A stretch of DNA of 35,414 nucleotides from Nemertoderma westbladi (Eukaryota > Animalia > Xenacoelomorpha), in NCBI GenBank assembly GCA_032718475.1, contig JAUCBJ010003533.1, positions 1 to 35,414 on the forward strand, written 5' to 3'. Shown here in pieces: positions 1-14,514 of the stretch. The number at the start of each line of letters is the position of its first letter. Within the stretch, counting starts at the first letter, position 1. A model generated the notes under the pieces. The model was not told where the DNA came from. It did not search any database and saw nothing but the letters and a program-made list of their open reading frames with translations. A program made the position numbers and the translations under genes.

Positions 1-3000
1 CATAATAGACAGTGGGTGGTTGTCTGTAAGGTAAACACATACCATAATAGACAGTGGGTGGTTGTCTGTAAGGTAAACACATACCATAATAGACAGTGGG
101 TGGTTGTCTGTAAGGTAAACACATACCATAATAGACAGTGGGTGGTTGTCTGTAAGGTAAACACATACCATAATAGACAGTGGGTGGTTGTCTGTAAGGT
201 AAACACATACCATAATAGACAGTGGGTGGTTGTCTGTAAGGTAAACACATACCATAATAGACAGTGGGTGGTTGTCTGTAAGGCTAAACACATACCATAA
301 TAGACAGTGGGTGGTTGTCTGTAAGGTAAACACATACCATAATAGACAGTGGGTGGTTGTCTGTAAGGTAAACACATACCATAATAGACAGTGGGTGGTT
401 GTCTGTAAGCTAAACACATACCATAATAGACAGTGGGTGGTTGTCTGTAAGGTAAACACATACCATAATAGACAGTGGGTGGTTGTCTGTAAGGTAAACA
501 CATACCATAATAGACAGTGGGTGGTTGTCTGTAAGGTAAACACATACCATAATAGACAGTGGGTGGTTGTCTGTAAGGTAAACACATACCATAATAGACA
601 GTGGGTGGTTGTCTGTAAGGCTAAACACATACCATAATAGACAGTGGGTGGTTGTCTGTAAGGTAAACACATACCATAATAGACAGTGGGTGGTTGTCTG
701 TAAGGTAAACACATACCATAATATAGACAGTGGGTGGTTGTCTGTAAGGTAAACACATACCATAATAGACAGTGGGTGGTTGTCTGTAAGGTAAACACAT
801 ACCATAATAGACAGTGGGTGGTTGTCTGTAAGGTAAACACATACCATAATAGACAGTGGGTGGTTGTCTGTAAGGTAAACACATACCATAATAGACAGTG
901 GGTGGTTGTCTGTAAGGCTAAACACATACCATAATAGACAGTGGGTGGTTGTCTGTAAGGTAAACACATACCATAATAGACAGTGGGTGGTTGTCTGTAA
1001 GCTAAACACATACCATAATAGACAGTGGGTGGTTGTCTGTAAGGTAAACACATACCATAATAGACAGTGGGTGGTTGTCTGTAAGGTAAACACATACCAT
1101 AATAGACAGTGGGTGGTTGTCTGTAAGGTAAACACATACCATAATAGACAGTGGGTGGTTGTCTGTAAGGTAAACACATACCATAATAGACAGTGGGTGG
1201 TTGTCTGTAAGGTAAACACATACCATAATAGACAGTGGGTGGTTGTCTGTAAGGTAAACACATACCATAATAGACAGTGGGTGGTTGTCTGTAAGGTAAA
1301 CACATACCATAATAGACAGTGGGTGGTTGTCTGTAAGCTAAACACATACCATAATAGACAGTGGGTGGTTGTCTGTAAGGTAAACACATACCATAATAGA
1401 CAGTGGGTGGTTGTCTGTAAGGCTAAACACATACCATAATAGACAGTGGGTGGTTGTCTGTAAGGTAAACACATACCATAATAGACAGTGGGTGGTTGTC
1501 TGTAAGGTAAACACATACCATAATAGACAGTGGGTGGTTGTCTGTAAGGCTAAACACATACCATAATAGACAGTGGGTGGTTGTCTGTAAGCTAAACACA
1601 TACCATAATAGACAGTGGGTGGTTGTCTGTAAGGTAAACACATACCATAATAGACAGTGGGTGGTTGTCTGTAAGGTAAACACATACCATAATAGACAGT
1701 GGGTGGTTGTCTGTAAGGTAAACACATACCATAATAGACAGTGGGTGGTTGTCTGTAAGGTAAACACATACCATAATAGACAGTGGGTGGTTGTCTGTAA
1801 GCTAAACACATACCATAATAGACAGTGGGTGGTTGTCTGTAAGGTAAACACATACCATAATAGACAGTGGGTGGTTGTCTGTAAGGTAAACACATACCAT
1901 AATAGACAGTGGGTGGTTGTCTGTAAGCTAAACACATACCATAATAGACAGTGGGTGGTTGTCTGTAAGCTAAACACATACCATAATAGACAGTGGGTGG
2001 TTGTCTGTAAGGTAAACACATACCATAATAGACAGTGGGTGGTTGTCTGTAAGCTAAACACATACCATAATAGACAGTGGGTGGTTGTCTGTAAGGTAAA
2101 CACATACCATAATAGACAGTGGGTGGTTGTCTGTAAGGTAAACACATACCATAATAGACAGTGGGTGGTTGTCTGTAAGCTAAACACATACCATAATTAG
2201 ACAGTGGGTGGTTGTCTGTAAGCTAAACACATACCATAATAGACAGTGGGTGGTTGTCTGTAAGGTAAACACATACCATAATAGACAGTGGGTGGTTGTC
2301 TGTAAGGTAAACACATACCATAATAGACAGTGGGTGGTTGTCTGTAAGGCTAAACACATACCATAATAGACAGTGGGTGGTTGTCTGTAAGGTAAACACA
2401 TACCATAATAGACAGTGGGTGGTTGTCTGTAAGGTAAACACATACCATAATAGACAGTGGGTGGTTGTCTGTAAGGTAAACACATACCATAATAGACAGT
2501 GGGTGGTTGTCTGTAAGGTAAACACATACCATAATAGACAGTGGGTGGTTGTCTGTAAGGTAAACACATACCATAATAGACAGTGGGTGGTTGTCTGTAA
2601 GGCTAAACACATACCATAATAGACAGTGGGTGGTTGTCTGTAAGCTAAACACATACCATAATAGACAGTGGGTGGTTGTCTGTAAGGTAAACACATACCA
2701 TAATAGACAGTGGGTGGTTGTCTGTAAGCTAAACACATACCATAATAGACAGTGGGTGGTTGTCTGTAAGGTAAACACATACCATAATAGACAGTGGGTG
2801 GTTGTCTGTAAGGTAAACACATACCATAATAGACAGTGGGTGGTTGTCTGTAAGGTAAACACATACCATAATAGACAGTGGGTGGTTGTCTGTAAGGTAA
2901 ACACATACCATAATAGACAGTGGGTGGTTGTCTGTAAGCTAAACACATACCATAATAGACAGTGGGTGGTTGTCTGTAAGGTAAACACATACCATAATAG

Positions 3001-6000
3001 ACAGTGGGTGGTTGTCTGTAAGGTAAACACATACCATAATAGACAGTGGGTGGTTGTCTGTAAGGTAAACACATACCATAATAGACAGTGGGTGGTTGTC
3101 TGTAAGGTAAACACATACCATAATAGACAGTGGGTGGTTGTCTGTAAGGTAAACACATACCATAATAGACAGTGGGTGGTTGTCTGTAAGGTAAACACAT
3201 ACCATAATAGACAGTGGGTGGTTGTCTGTAAGGTAAACACATACCATAATAGACAGTGGGTGGTTGTCTGTAAGGTAAACACATACCATAATAGACAGTG
3301 GGTGGTTGTCTGTAAGGTAAACACATACCATAATAGACAGTGGGTGGTTGTCTGTAAGGTAAACACATACCATAATAGACAGTGGGTGGTTGTCTGTAAG
3401 GTAAACACATACCATAATAGACAGTGGGTGGTTGTCTGTAAGGTAAACACATACCATAATAGACAGTGGGTGGTTGTCTGTAAGGTAAACACATACCATA
3501 ATAGACAGTGGGTGGTTGTCTGTAAGGTAAACACATACCATAATAGACAGTGGGTGGTTGTCTGTAAGGTAAACACATACCATAATAGACAGTGGGTGGT
3601 TGTCTGTAAGGTAAACACATACCATAATAGACAGTGGGTGGTTGTCTGTAAGGTAAACACATACCATAATAGACAGTGGGTGGTTGTCTGTAAGGTAAAC
3701 ACATACCATAATAGACAGTGGGTGGTTGTCTGTAAGGTAAACACATACCATAATAGACAGTGGGTGGTTGTCTGTAAGGTAAACACATACCATAATAGAC
3801 AGTGGGTGGTTGTCTGTAAGGTAAACACATACCATAATAGACAGTGGGTGGTTGTCTGTAAGGTAAACACATACCATAATAGACAGTGGGTGGTTGTCTG
3901 TAAGGTAAACACATACCATAATAGACAGTGGGTGGTTGTCTGTAAGGTAAACACATACCATAATAGACAGTGGGTGGTTGTCTGTAAGGTAAACACATAC
4001 CATAATAGACAGTGGGTGGTTGTCTGTAAGGTAAACACATACCATAATAGACAGTGGGTGGTTGTCTGTAAGGTAAACACATACCATAATAGACAGTGGG
4101 TGGTTGTCTGTAAGGTAAACACATACCATAATAGACAGTGGGTGGTTGTCTGTAAGGTAAACACATACCATAATAGACAGTGGGTGGTTGTCTGTAAGGT
4201 AAACACATACCATAATAGACAGTGGGTGGTTGTCTGTAAGGTAAACACATACCATAATAGACAGTGGGTGGTTGTCTGTAAGGCTAAACACATACCATAA
4301 TAGACAGTGGGTGGTTGTCTGTAAGGTAAACACATACCATAATAGACAGTGGGTGGTTGTCTGTAAGGTAAACACATACCATAATAGACAGTGGGTGGTT
4401 GTCTGTAAGCTAAACACATACCATAATAGACAGTGGGTGGTTGTCTGTAAGGTAAACACATACCATAATAGACAGTGGGTGGTTGTCTGTAAGGTAAACA
4501 CATACCATAATAGACAGTGGGTGGTTGTCTGTAAGGTAAACACATACCATAATAGACAGTGGGTGGTTGTCTGTAAGGTAAACACATACCATAATAGACA
4601 GTGGGTGGTTGTCTGTAAGGTAAACACATACCATAATAGACAGTGGGTGGTTGTCTGTAAGGTAAACACATACCATAATAGACAGTGGGTGGTTGTCTGT
4701 AAGGTAAACACATACCATAATAGACAGTGGGTGGTTGTCTGTAAGGTAAACACATACCATAATAGACAGTGGGTGGTTGTCTGTAAGGTAAACACATACC
4801 ATAATAGACAGTGGGTGGTTGTCTGTAAGGTAAACACATACCATAATAGACAGTGGGTGGTTGTCTGTAAGGTAAACACATACCATAATAGACAGTGGGT
4901 GGTTGTCTGTAAGGTAAACACATACCATAATAGACAGTGGGTGGTTGTCTGTAAGGTAAACACATACCATAATAGACAGTGGGTGGTTGTCTGTAAGGTA
5001 AACACATACCATAATAGACAGTGGGTGGTTGTCTGTAAGGTAAACACATACCATAATAGACAGTGGGTGGTTGTCTGTAAGGTAAACACATACCATAATA
5101 GACAGTGGGTGGTTGTCTGTAAGGTAAACACATACCATAATAGACAGTGGGTGGTTGTCTGTAAGGTAAACACATACCATAATAGACAGTGGGTGGTTGT
5201 CTGTAAGGTAAACACATACCATAATAGACAGTGGGTGGTTGTCTGTAAGGTAAACACATACCATAATAGACAGTGGGTGGTTGTCTGTAAGGTAAACACA
5301 TACCATAATAGACAGTGGGTGGTTGTCTGTAAGGTAAACACATACCATAATAGACAGTGGGTGGTTGTCTGTAAGGTAAACACATACCATAATAGACAGT
5401 GGGTGGTTGTCTGTAAGGTAAACACATACCATAATAGACAGTGGGTGGTTGTCTGTAAGGTAAACACATACCATAATAGACAGTGGGTGGTTGTCTGTAA
5501 GGTAAACACATACCATAATAGACAGTGGGTGGTTGTCTGTAAGGTAAACACATACCATAATAGACAGTGGGTGGTTGTCTGTAAGGTAAACACATACCAT
5601 AATAGACAGTGGGTGGTTGTCTGTAAGGTAAACACATACCATAATAGACAGTGGGTGGTTGTCTGTAAGGTAAACACATACCATAATAGACAGTGGGTGG
5701 TTGTCTGTAAGGTAAACACATACCATAATAGACAGTGGGTGGTTGTCTGTAAGGTAAACACATACCATAATAGACAGTGGGTGGTTGTCTGTAAGGTAAA
5801 CACATACCATAATAGACAGTGGGTGGTTGTCTGTAAGGTAAACACATACCATAATAGACAGTGGGTGGTTGTCTGTAAGGTAAACACATACCATAATAGA
5901 CAGTGGGTGGTTGTCTGTAAGGTAAACACATACCATAATAGACAGTGGGTGGTTGTCTGTAAGGTAAACACATACCATAATAGACAGTGGGTGGTTGTCT

Positions 6001-9000
6001 GTAAGGTAAACACATACCATAATAGACAGTGGGTGGTTGTCTGTAAGGTAAACACATACCATAATAGACAGTGGGTGGTTGTCTGTAAGGTAAACACATA
6101 CCATAATAGACAGTGGGTGGTTGTCTGTAAGGTAAACACATACCATAATAGACAGTGGGTGGTTGTCTGTAAGGTAAACACATACCATAATAGACAGTGG
6201 GTGGTTGTCTGTAAGGTAAACACATACCATAATAGACAGTGGGTGGTTGTCTGTAAGGTAAACACATACCATAATAGACAGTGGGTGGTTGTCTGTAAGG
6301 TAAACACATACCATAATAGACAGTGGGTGGTTGTCTGTAAGGTAAACACATACCATAATAGACAGTGGGTGGTTGTCTGTAAGGTAAACACATACCATAA
6401 TAGACAGTGGGTGGTTGTCTGTAAGGTAAACACATACCATAATAGACAGTGGGTGGTTGTCTGTAAGGTAAACACATACCATAATAGACAGTGGGTGGTT
6501 GTCTGTAAGGTAAACACATACCATAATAGACAGTGGGTGGTTGTCTGTAAGGTAAACACATACCATAATAGACAGTGGGTGGTTGTCTGTAAGGTAAACA
6601 CATACCATAATAGACAGTGGGTGGTTGTCTGTAAGGTAAACACATACCATAATAGACAGTGGGTGGTTGTCTGTAAGCTAAACACATACCATAATAGACA
6701 GTGGGTGGTTGTCTGTAAGGTAAACACATACCATAATAGACAGTGGGTGGTTGTCTGTAAGGTAAACACATACCATAATAGACAGTGGGTGGTTGTCTGT
6801 AAGGTAAACACATACCATAATAGACAGTGGGTGGTTGTCTGTAAGCTAAACACATACCATAATAGACAGTGGGTGGTTGTCTGTAAGGTAAACACATACC
6901 ATAATAGACAGTGGGTGGTTGTCTGTAAGGTAAACACATACCATAATAGACAGTGGGTGGTTGTCTGTAAGCTAAACACATACCATAATAGACAGTGGGT
7001 GGTTGTCTGTAAGGTAAACACATACCATAATAGACAGTGGGTGGTTGTCTGTAAGGTAAACACATACCATAATAGACAGTGGGTGGTTGTCTGTAAGGTA
7101 AACACATACCATAATAGACAGTGGGTGGTTGTCTGTAAGGTAAACACATACCATAATAGACAGTGGGTGGTTGTCTGTAAGGTAAACACATACCATAATA
7201 GACAGTGGGTGGTTGTCTGTAAGCTAAACACATACCATAATAGACAGTGGGTGGTTGTCTGTAAGGTAAACACATACCATAATAGACAGTGGGTGGTTGT
7301 CTGTAAGGTAAACACATACCATAATAGACAGTGGGTGGTTGTCTGTAAGGTAAACACATACCATAATAGACAGTGGGTGGTTGTCTGTAAGGTAAACACA
7401 TACCATAATAGACAGTGGGTGGTTGTCTGTAAGGTAAACACATACCATAATAGACAGTGGGTGGTTGTCTGTAAGCTAAACACATACCATAATAGACAGT
7501 GGGTGGTTGTCTGTAAGGTAAACACATACCATAATAGACAGTGGGTGGTTGTCTGTAAGGTAAACACATACCATAATAGACAGTGGGTGGTTGTCTGTAA
7601 GCTAAACACATACCATAATAGACAGTGGGTGGTTGTCTGTAAGGTAAACACATACCATAATAGACAGTGGGTGGTTGTCTGTAAGGTAAACACATACCAT
7701 AATAGACAGTGGGTGGTTGTCTGTAAGGTAAACACATACCATAATAGACAGTGGGTGGTTGTCTGTAAGCTAAACACATACCATAATAGACAGTGGGTGG
7801 TTGTCTGTAAGGTAAACACATACCATAATAGACAGTGGGTGGTTGTCTGTAAGGTAAACACATACCATAATAGACAGTGGGTGGTTGTCTGTAAGGTAAA
7901 CACATACCATAATAGACAGTGGGTGGTTGTCTGTAAGGTAAACACATACCATAATAGACAGTGGGTGGTTGTCTGTAAGGTAAACACATACCATAATAGA
8001 CAGTGGGTGGTTGTCTGTAAGGTAAACACATACCATAATAGACAGTGGGTGGTTGTCTGTAAGGTAAACACATACCATAATAGACAGTGGGTGGTTGTCT
8101 GTAAGGTAAACACATACCATAATAGACAGTGGGTGGTTGTCTGTAAGGTAAACACATACCATAATAGACAGTGGGTGGTTGTCTGTAAGGTAAACACATA
8201 CCATAATAGACAGTGGGTGGTTGTCTGTAAGGTAAACACATACCATAATAGACAGTGGGTGGTTGTCTGTAAGGTAAACACATACCATAATAGACAGTGG
8301 GTGGTTGTCTGTAAGGTAAACACATACCATAATAGACAGTGGGTGGTTGTCTGTAAGGTAAACACATACCATAATAGACAGTGGGTGGTTGTCTGTAAGG
8401 TAAACACATACCATAATAGACAGTGGGTGGTTGTCTGTAAGGTAAACACATACCATAATAGACAGTGGGTGGTTGTCTGTAAGCTAAACACATACCATAA
8501 TAGACAGTGGGTGGTTGTCTGTAAGGTAAACACATACCATAATAGACAGTGGGTGGTTGTCTGTAAGGTAAACACATACCATAATAGACAGTGGGTGGTT
8601 GTCTGTAAGGTAAACACATACCATAATAGACAGTGGGTGGTTGTCTGTAAGGTAAACACATACCATAATAGACAGTGGGTGGTTGTCTGTAAGGTAAACA
8701 CATACCATAATAGACAGTGGGTGGTTGTCTGTAAGGTAAACACATACCATAATAGACAGTGGGTGGTTGTCTGTAAGGTAAACACATACCATAATAGACA
8801 GTGGGTGGTTGTCTGTAAGGTAAACACATACCATAATAGACAGTGGGTGGTTGTCTGTAAGGTAAACACATACCATAATAGACAGTGGGTGGTTGTCTGT
8901 AAGGTAAACACATACCATAATAGACAGTGGGTGGTTGTCTGTAAGGTAAACACATACCATAATAGACAGTGGGTGGTTGTCTGTAAGGTAAACACATACC

Positions 9001-12000
9001 ATAATAGACAGTGGGTGGTTGTCTGTAAGGTAAACACATACCATAATAGACAGTGGGTGGTTGTCTGTAAGGTAAACACATACCATAATAGACAGTGGGT
9101 GGTTGTCTGTAAGGTAAACACATACCATAATAGACAGTGGGTGGTTGTCTGTAAGGTAAACACATACCATAATAGACAGTGGGTGGTTGTCTGTAAGGTA
9201 AACACATACCATAATAGACAGTGGGTGGTTGTCTGTAAGGTAAACACATACCATAATAGACAGTGGGTGGTTGTCTGTAAGGTAAACACATACCATAATA
9301 GACAGTGGGTGGTTGTCTGTAAGGTAAACACATACCATAATAGACAGTGGGTGGTTGTCTGTAAGGTAAACACATACCATAATAGACAGTGGGTGGTTGT
9401 CTGTAAGGTAAACACATACCATAATAGACAGTGGGTGGTTGTCTGTAAGGTAAACACATACCATAATAGACAGTGGGTGGTTGTCTGTAAGGTAAACACA
9501 TACCATAATAGACAGTGGGTGGTTGTCTGTAAGGTAAACACATACCATAATAGACAGTGGGTGGTTGTCTGTAAGGTAAACACATACCATAATAGACAGT
9601 GGGTGGTTGTCTGTAAGCTAAACACATACCATAATAGACAGTGGGTGGTTGTCTGTAAGGTAAACACATACCATAATAGACAGTGGGTGGTTGTCTGTAA
9701 GGTAAACACATACCATAATAGACAGTGGGTGGTTGTCTGTAAGGTAAACACATACCATAATAGACAGTGGGTGGTTGTCTGTAAGGTAAACACATACCAT
9801 AATAGACAGTGGGTGGTTGTCTGTAAGGTAAACACATACCATAATAGACAGTGGGTGGTTGTCTGTAAGGTAAACACATACCATAATAGACAGTGGGTGG
9901 TTGTCTGTAAGGTAAACACATACCATAATAGACAGTGGGTGGTTGTCTGTAAGGTAAACACATACCATAATAGACAGTGGGTGGTTGTCTGTAAGGTAAA
10001 CACATACCATAATAGACAGTGGGTGGTTGTCTGTAAGGTAAACACATACCATAATAGACAGTGGGTGGTTGTCTGTAAGGTAAACACATACCATAATAGA
10101 CAGTGGGTGGTTGTCTGTAAGGTAAACACATACCATAATAGACAGTGGGTGGTTGTCTGTAAGGTAAACACATACCATAATAGACAGTGGGTGGTTGTCT
10201 GTAAGGTAAACACATACCATAATAGACAGTGGGTGGTTGTCTGTAAGGTAAACACATACCATAATAGACAGTGGGTGGTTGTCTGTAAGGTAAACACATA
10301 CCATAATAGACAGTGGGTGGTTGTCTGTAAGGTAAACACATACCATAATAGACAGTGGGTGGTTGTCTGTAAGGTAAACACATACCATAATAGACAGTGG
10401 GTGGTTGTCTGTAAGGTAAACACATACCATAATAGACAGTGGGTGGTTGTCTGTAAGGTAAACACATACCATAATAGACAGTGGGTGGTTGTCTGTAAGG
10501 TAAACACATACCATAATAGACAGTGGGTGGTTGTCTGTAAGGTAAACACATACCATAATAGACAGTGGGTGGTTGTCTGTAAGGTAAACACATACCATAA
10601 TAGACAGTGGGTGGTTGTCTGTAAGGTAAACACATACCATAATAGACAGTGGGTGGTTGTCTGTAAGGTAAACACATACCATAATAGACAGTGGGTGGTT
10701 GTCTGTAAGGTAAACACATACCATAATAGACAGTGGGTGGTTGTCTGTAAGGTAAACACATACCATAATAGACAGTGGGTGGTTGTCTGTAAGGTAAACA
10801 CATACCATAATAGACAGTGGGTGGTTGTCTGTAAGGTAAACACATACCATAATAGACAGTGGGTGGTTGTCTGTAAGGTAAACACATACCATAATAGACA
10901 GTGGGTGGTTGTCTGTAAGGTAAACACATACCATAATAGACAGTGGGTGGTTGTCTGTAAGGTAAACACATACCATAATAGACAGTGGGTGGTTGTCTGT
11001 AAGGTAAACACATACCATAATAGACAGTGGGTGGTTGTCTGTAAGGTAAACACATACCATAATAGACAGTGGGTGGTTGTCTGTAAGGTAAACACATACC
11101 ATAATAGACAGTGGGTGGTTGTCTGTAAGGTAAACACATACCATAATAGACAGTGGGTGGTTGTCTGTAAGGTAAACACATACCATAATAGACAGTGGGT
11201 GGTTGTCTGTAAGGTAAACACATACCATAATAGACAGTGGGTGGTTGTCTGTAAGGTAAACACATACCATAATAGACAGTGGGTGGTTGTCTGTAAGGTA
11301 AACACATACCATAATAGACAGTGGGTGGTTGTCTGTAAGGTAAACACATACCATAATAGACAGTGGGTGGTTGTCTGTAAGGTAAACACATACCATAATA
11401 GACAGTGGGTGGTTGTCTGTAAGGTAAACACATACCATAATAGACAGTGGGTGGTTGTCTGTAAGGTAAACACATACCATAATAGACAGTGGGTGGTTGT
11501 CTGTAAGGTAAACACATACCATAATAGACAGTGGGTGGTTGTCTGTAAGGTAAACACATACCATAATAGACAGTGGGTGGTTGTCTGTAAGGTAAACACA
11601 TACCATAATAGACAGTGGGTGGTTGTCTGTAAGGTAAACACATACCATAATAGACAGTGGGTGGTTGTCTGTAAGGTAAACACATACCATAATAGACAGT
11701 GGGTGGTTGTCTGTAAGGTAAACACATACCATAATAGACAGTGGGTGGTTGTCTGTAAGGTAAACACATACCATAATAGACAGTGGGTGGTTGTCTGTAA
11801 GGTAAACACATACCATAATAGACAGTGGGTGGTTGTCTGTAAGGTAAACACATACCATAATAGACAGTGGGTGGTTGTCTGTAAGGTAAACACATACCAT
11901 AATAGACAGTGGGTGGTTGTCTGTAAGGTAAACACATACCATAATAGACAGTGGGTGGTTGTCTGTAAGGTAAACACATACCATAATAGACAGTGGGTGG

Positions 12001-14146
12001 TTGTCTGTAAGGTAAACACATACCATAATAGACAGTGGGTGGTTGTCTGTAAGGTAAACACATACCATAATAGACAGTGGGTGGTTGTCTGTAAGGTAAA
12101 CACATACCATAATAGACAGTGGGTGGTTGTCTGTAAGGTAAACACATACCATAATAGACAGTGGGTGGTTGTCTGTAAGGTAAACACATACCATAATAGA
12201 CAGTGGGTGGTTGTCTGTAAGGTAAACACATACCATAATAGACAGTGGGTGGTTGTCTGTAAGGTAAACACATACCATAATAGACAGTGGGTGGTTGTCT
12301 GTAAGGTAAACACATACCATAATAGACAGTGGGTGGTTGTCTGTAAGGTAAACACATACCATAATAGACAGTGGGTGGTTGTCTGTAAGGTAAACACATA
12401 CCATAATAGACAGTGGGTGGTTGTCTGTAAGGTAAACACATACCATAATAGACAGTGGGTGGTTGTCTGTAAGGTAAACACATACCATAATAGACAGTGG
12501 GTGGTTGTCTGTAAGGTAAACACATACCATAATAGACAGTGGGTGGTTGTCTGTAAGGTAAACACATACCATAATAGACAGTGGGTGGTTGTCTGTAAGG
12601 TAAACACATACCATAATAGACAGTGGGTGGTTGTCTGTAAGCTAAACACATACCATAATAGACAGTGGGTGGTTGTCTGTAAGGTAAACACATACCATAA
12701 TAGACAGTGGGTGGTTGTCTGTAAGGTAAACACATACCATAATAGACAGTGGGTGGTTGTCTGTAAGGTAAACACATACCATAATAGACAGTGGGTGGTT
12801 GTCTGTAAGGTAAACACATACCATAATAGACAGTGGGTGGTTGTCTGTAAGGTAAACACATACCATAATAGACAGTGGGTGGTTGTCTGTAAGGTAAACA
12901 CATACCATAATAGACAGTGGGTGGTTGTCTGTAAGGTAAACACATACCATAATAGACAGTGGGTGGTTGTCTGTAAGCTAAACACATACCATAATAGACA
13001 GTGGGTGGTTGTCTGTAAGGTAAACACATACCATAATAGACAGTGGGTGGTTGTCTGTAAGGTAAACACATACCATAATAGACAGTGGGTGGTTGTCTGT
13101 AAGCTAAACACATACCATAATAGACAGTGGGTGGTTGTCTGTAAGGTAAACACATACCATAATAGACAGTGGGTGGTTGTCTGTAAGGTAAACACATACC
13201 ATAATAGACAGTGGGTGGTTGTCTGTAAGGTAAACACATACCATAATAGACAGTGGGTGGTTGTCTGTAAGGTAAACACATACCATAATAGACAGTGGGT
13301 GGTTGTCTGTAAGGTAAACACATACCATAATAGACAGTGGGTGGTTGTCTGTAAGGTAAACACATACCATAATAGACAGTGGGTGGTTGTCTGTAAGGTA
13401 AACACATACCATAATAGACAGTGGGTGGTTGTCTGTAAGGTAAACACATACCATAATAGACAGTGGGTGGTTGTCTGTAAGGTAAACACATACCATAATA
13501 GACAGTGGGTGGTTGTCTGTAAGGTAAACACATACCATAATAGACAGTGGGTGGTTGTCTGTAAGGTAAACACATACCATAATAGACAGTGGGTGGTTGT
13601 CTGTAAGGTAAACACATACCATAATAGACAGTGGGTGGTTGTCTGTAAGGTAAACACATACCATAATAGACAGTGGGTGGTTGTCTGTAAGGTAAACACA
13701 TACCATAATAGACAGTGGGTGGTTGTCTGTAAGCTAAACACATACCATAATAGACAGTGGGTGGTTGTCTGTAAGGTAAACACATACCATAATAGACAGT
13801 AGGTGGTTGTCTGTAAGGTAAACACATACCATAATAGACAGTGGGTGGTTGTCTGTAAGGTAAACACATACCATAATAGACAGTGGGTGGTTGTCTGTAA
13901 GGTAAACACATACCATAATAGACAGTGGGTGGTTGTCTGTAAGGTAAACACATACCATAATAGACAATGGGTGGTTGTCTGTAAGGTAAACACATACCAT
14001 AATAGACAGTGGGTGGTTGTCTGTAAGCTAAACACATACCATAATAGACAGTGGGTGGTTGTCTGTAAGCTAAACACATACCATAATAGACAGTGGGTGG
14101 TTGTCTGTAAGGTAAACACATACCATAATAGACAGTGGGTGGTTGT
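1..14146. repeat. 42-bp minisatellite, about 336 near-identical copies; unit = last 23 nt of exon G + first 19 nt of the intron
   Basis: Plus-strand unit CATAATAGACAGTGGGTGGTTGTCTGTAAGGTAAACACATAC. The main variant is G>C (AAGGTAAA/AAGCTAAA). The array runs to the window start. Confidence 0.98.
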
Positions 14147-14514
14147 TTTTGAGTTCATCACTATTTTTCGTGTAGAGGGCGGCGTCTCCTATAAGATGGT
14201 GATCATCGTCGAAAACATTATCGAACGACATTATCTGGGACATCCCGTCAGATGAGCCACTGTCTCCCTTCACTGGGTTCCTGTACATATCCTCCAAAAA
14301 CTCGTAGTTAAAAGTAATCGCGTAGTCTGGGTCCTCCGAAGACAAACCGTTGTCACGCGTGCATTGGTTGAAGGCCTCCTTGGCAACTTCAGGCATCTTT
14401 TTGATGAGTTTCCGGATTGGGGTGGTTATCTTGTTGGTATGCGATTTGTATCGAGTTATGTTCATTAGGGCCTCCCTCCACTTATCGGATGAAATTATTG
14501 CCATGGCAACTTCA
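14124..14514 (-). CDS. TRPA1: TRPA1-like exon G (post-ankyrin linker)
   Basis: Acceptor gttataacag|, donor ATG|gtatgt. Encodes EVAMAIISSDKWREALMN...TTPIRKLIKKMPEVAKEAFNQC...YAITFNYEFLEDMY...NNHPLSIM and corresponds to ORF 14070..14504. Confidence 0.88.

Noticed and set aside
1-14146. Telomeric or centromeric satellite
   Set aside because: The unit is directly derived from the adjacent exon/intron junction and has no telomere motif, which points to a locus-specific intronic minisatellite.
16-14255. Giant ORFs (up to 3923 aa) on both strands
   Set aside because: They are a by-product of a 42-bp (3n) unit lacking stops in several frames. They are open simultaneously in multiple frames and strands, show near-zero synonymous variation, and lie in an intron.
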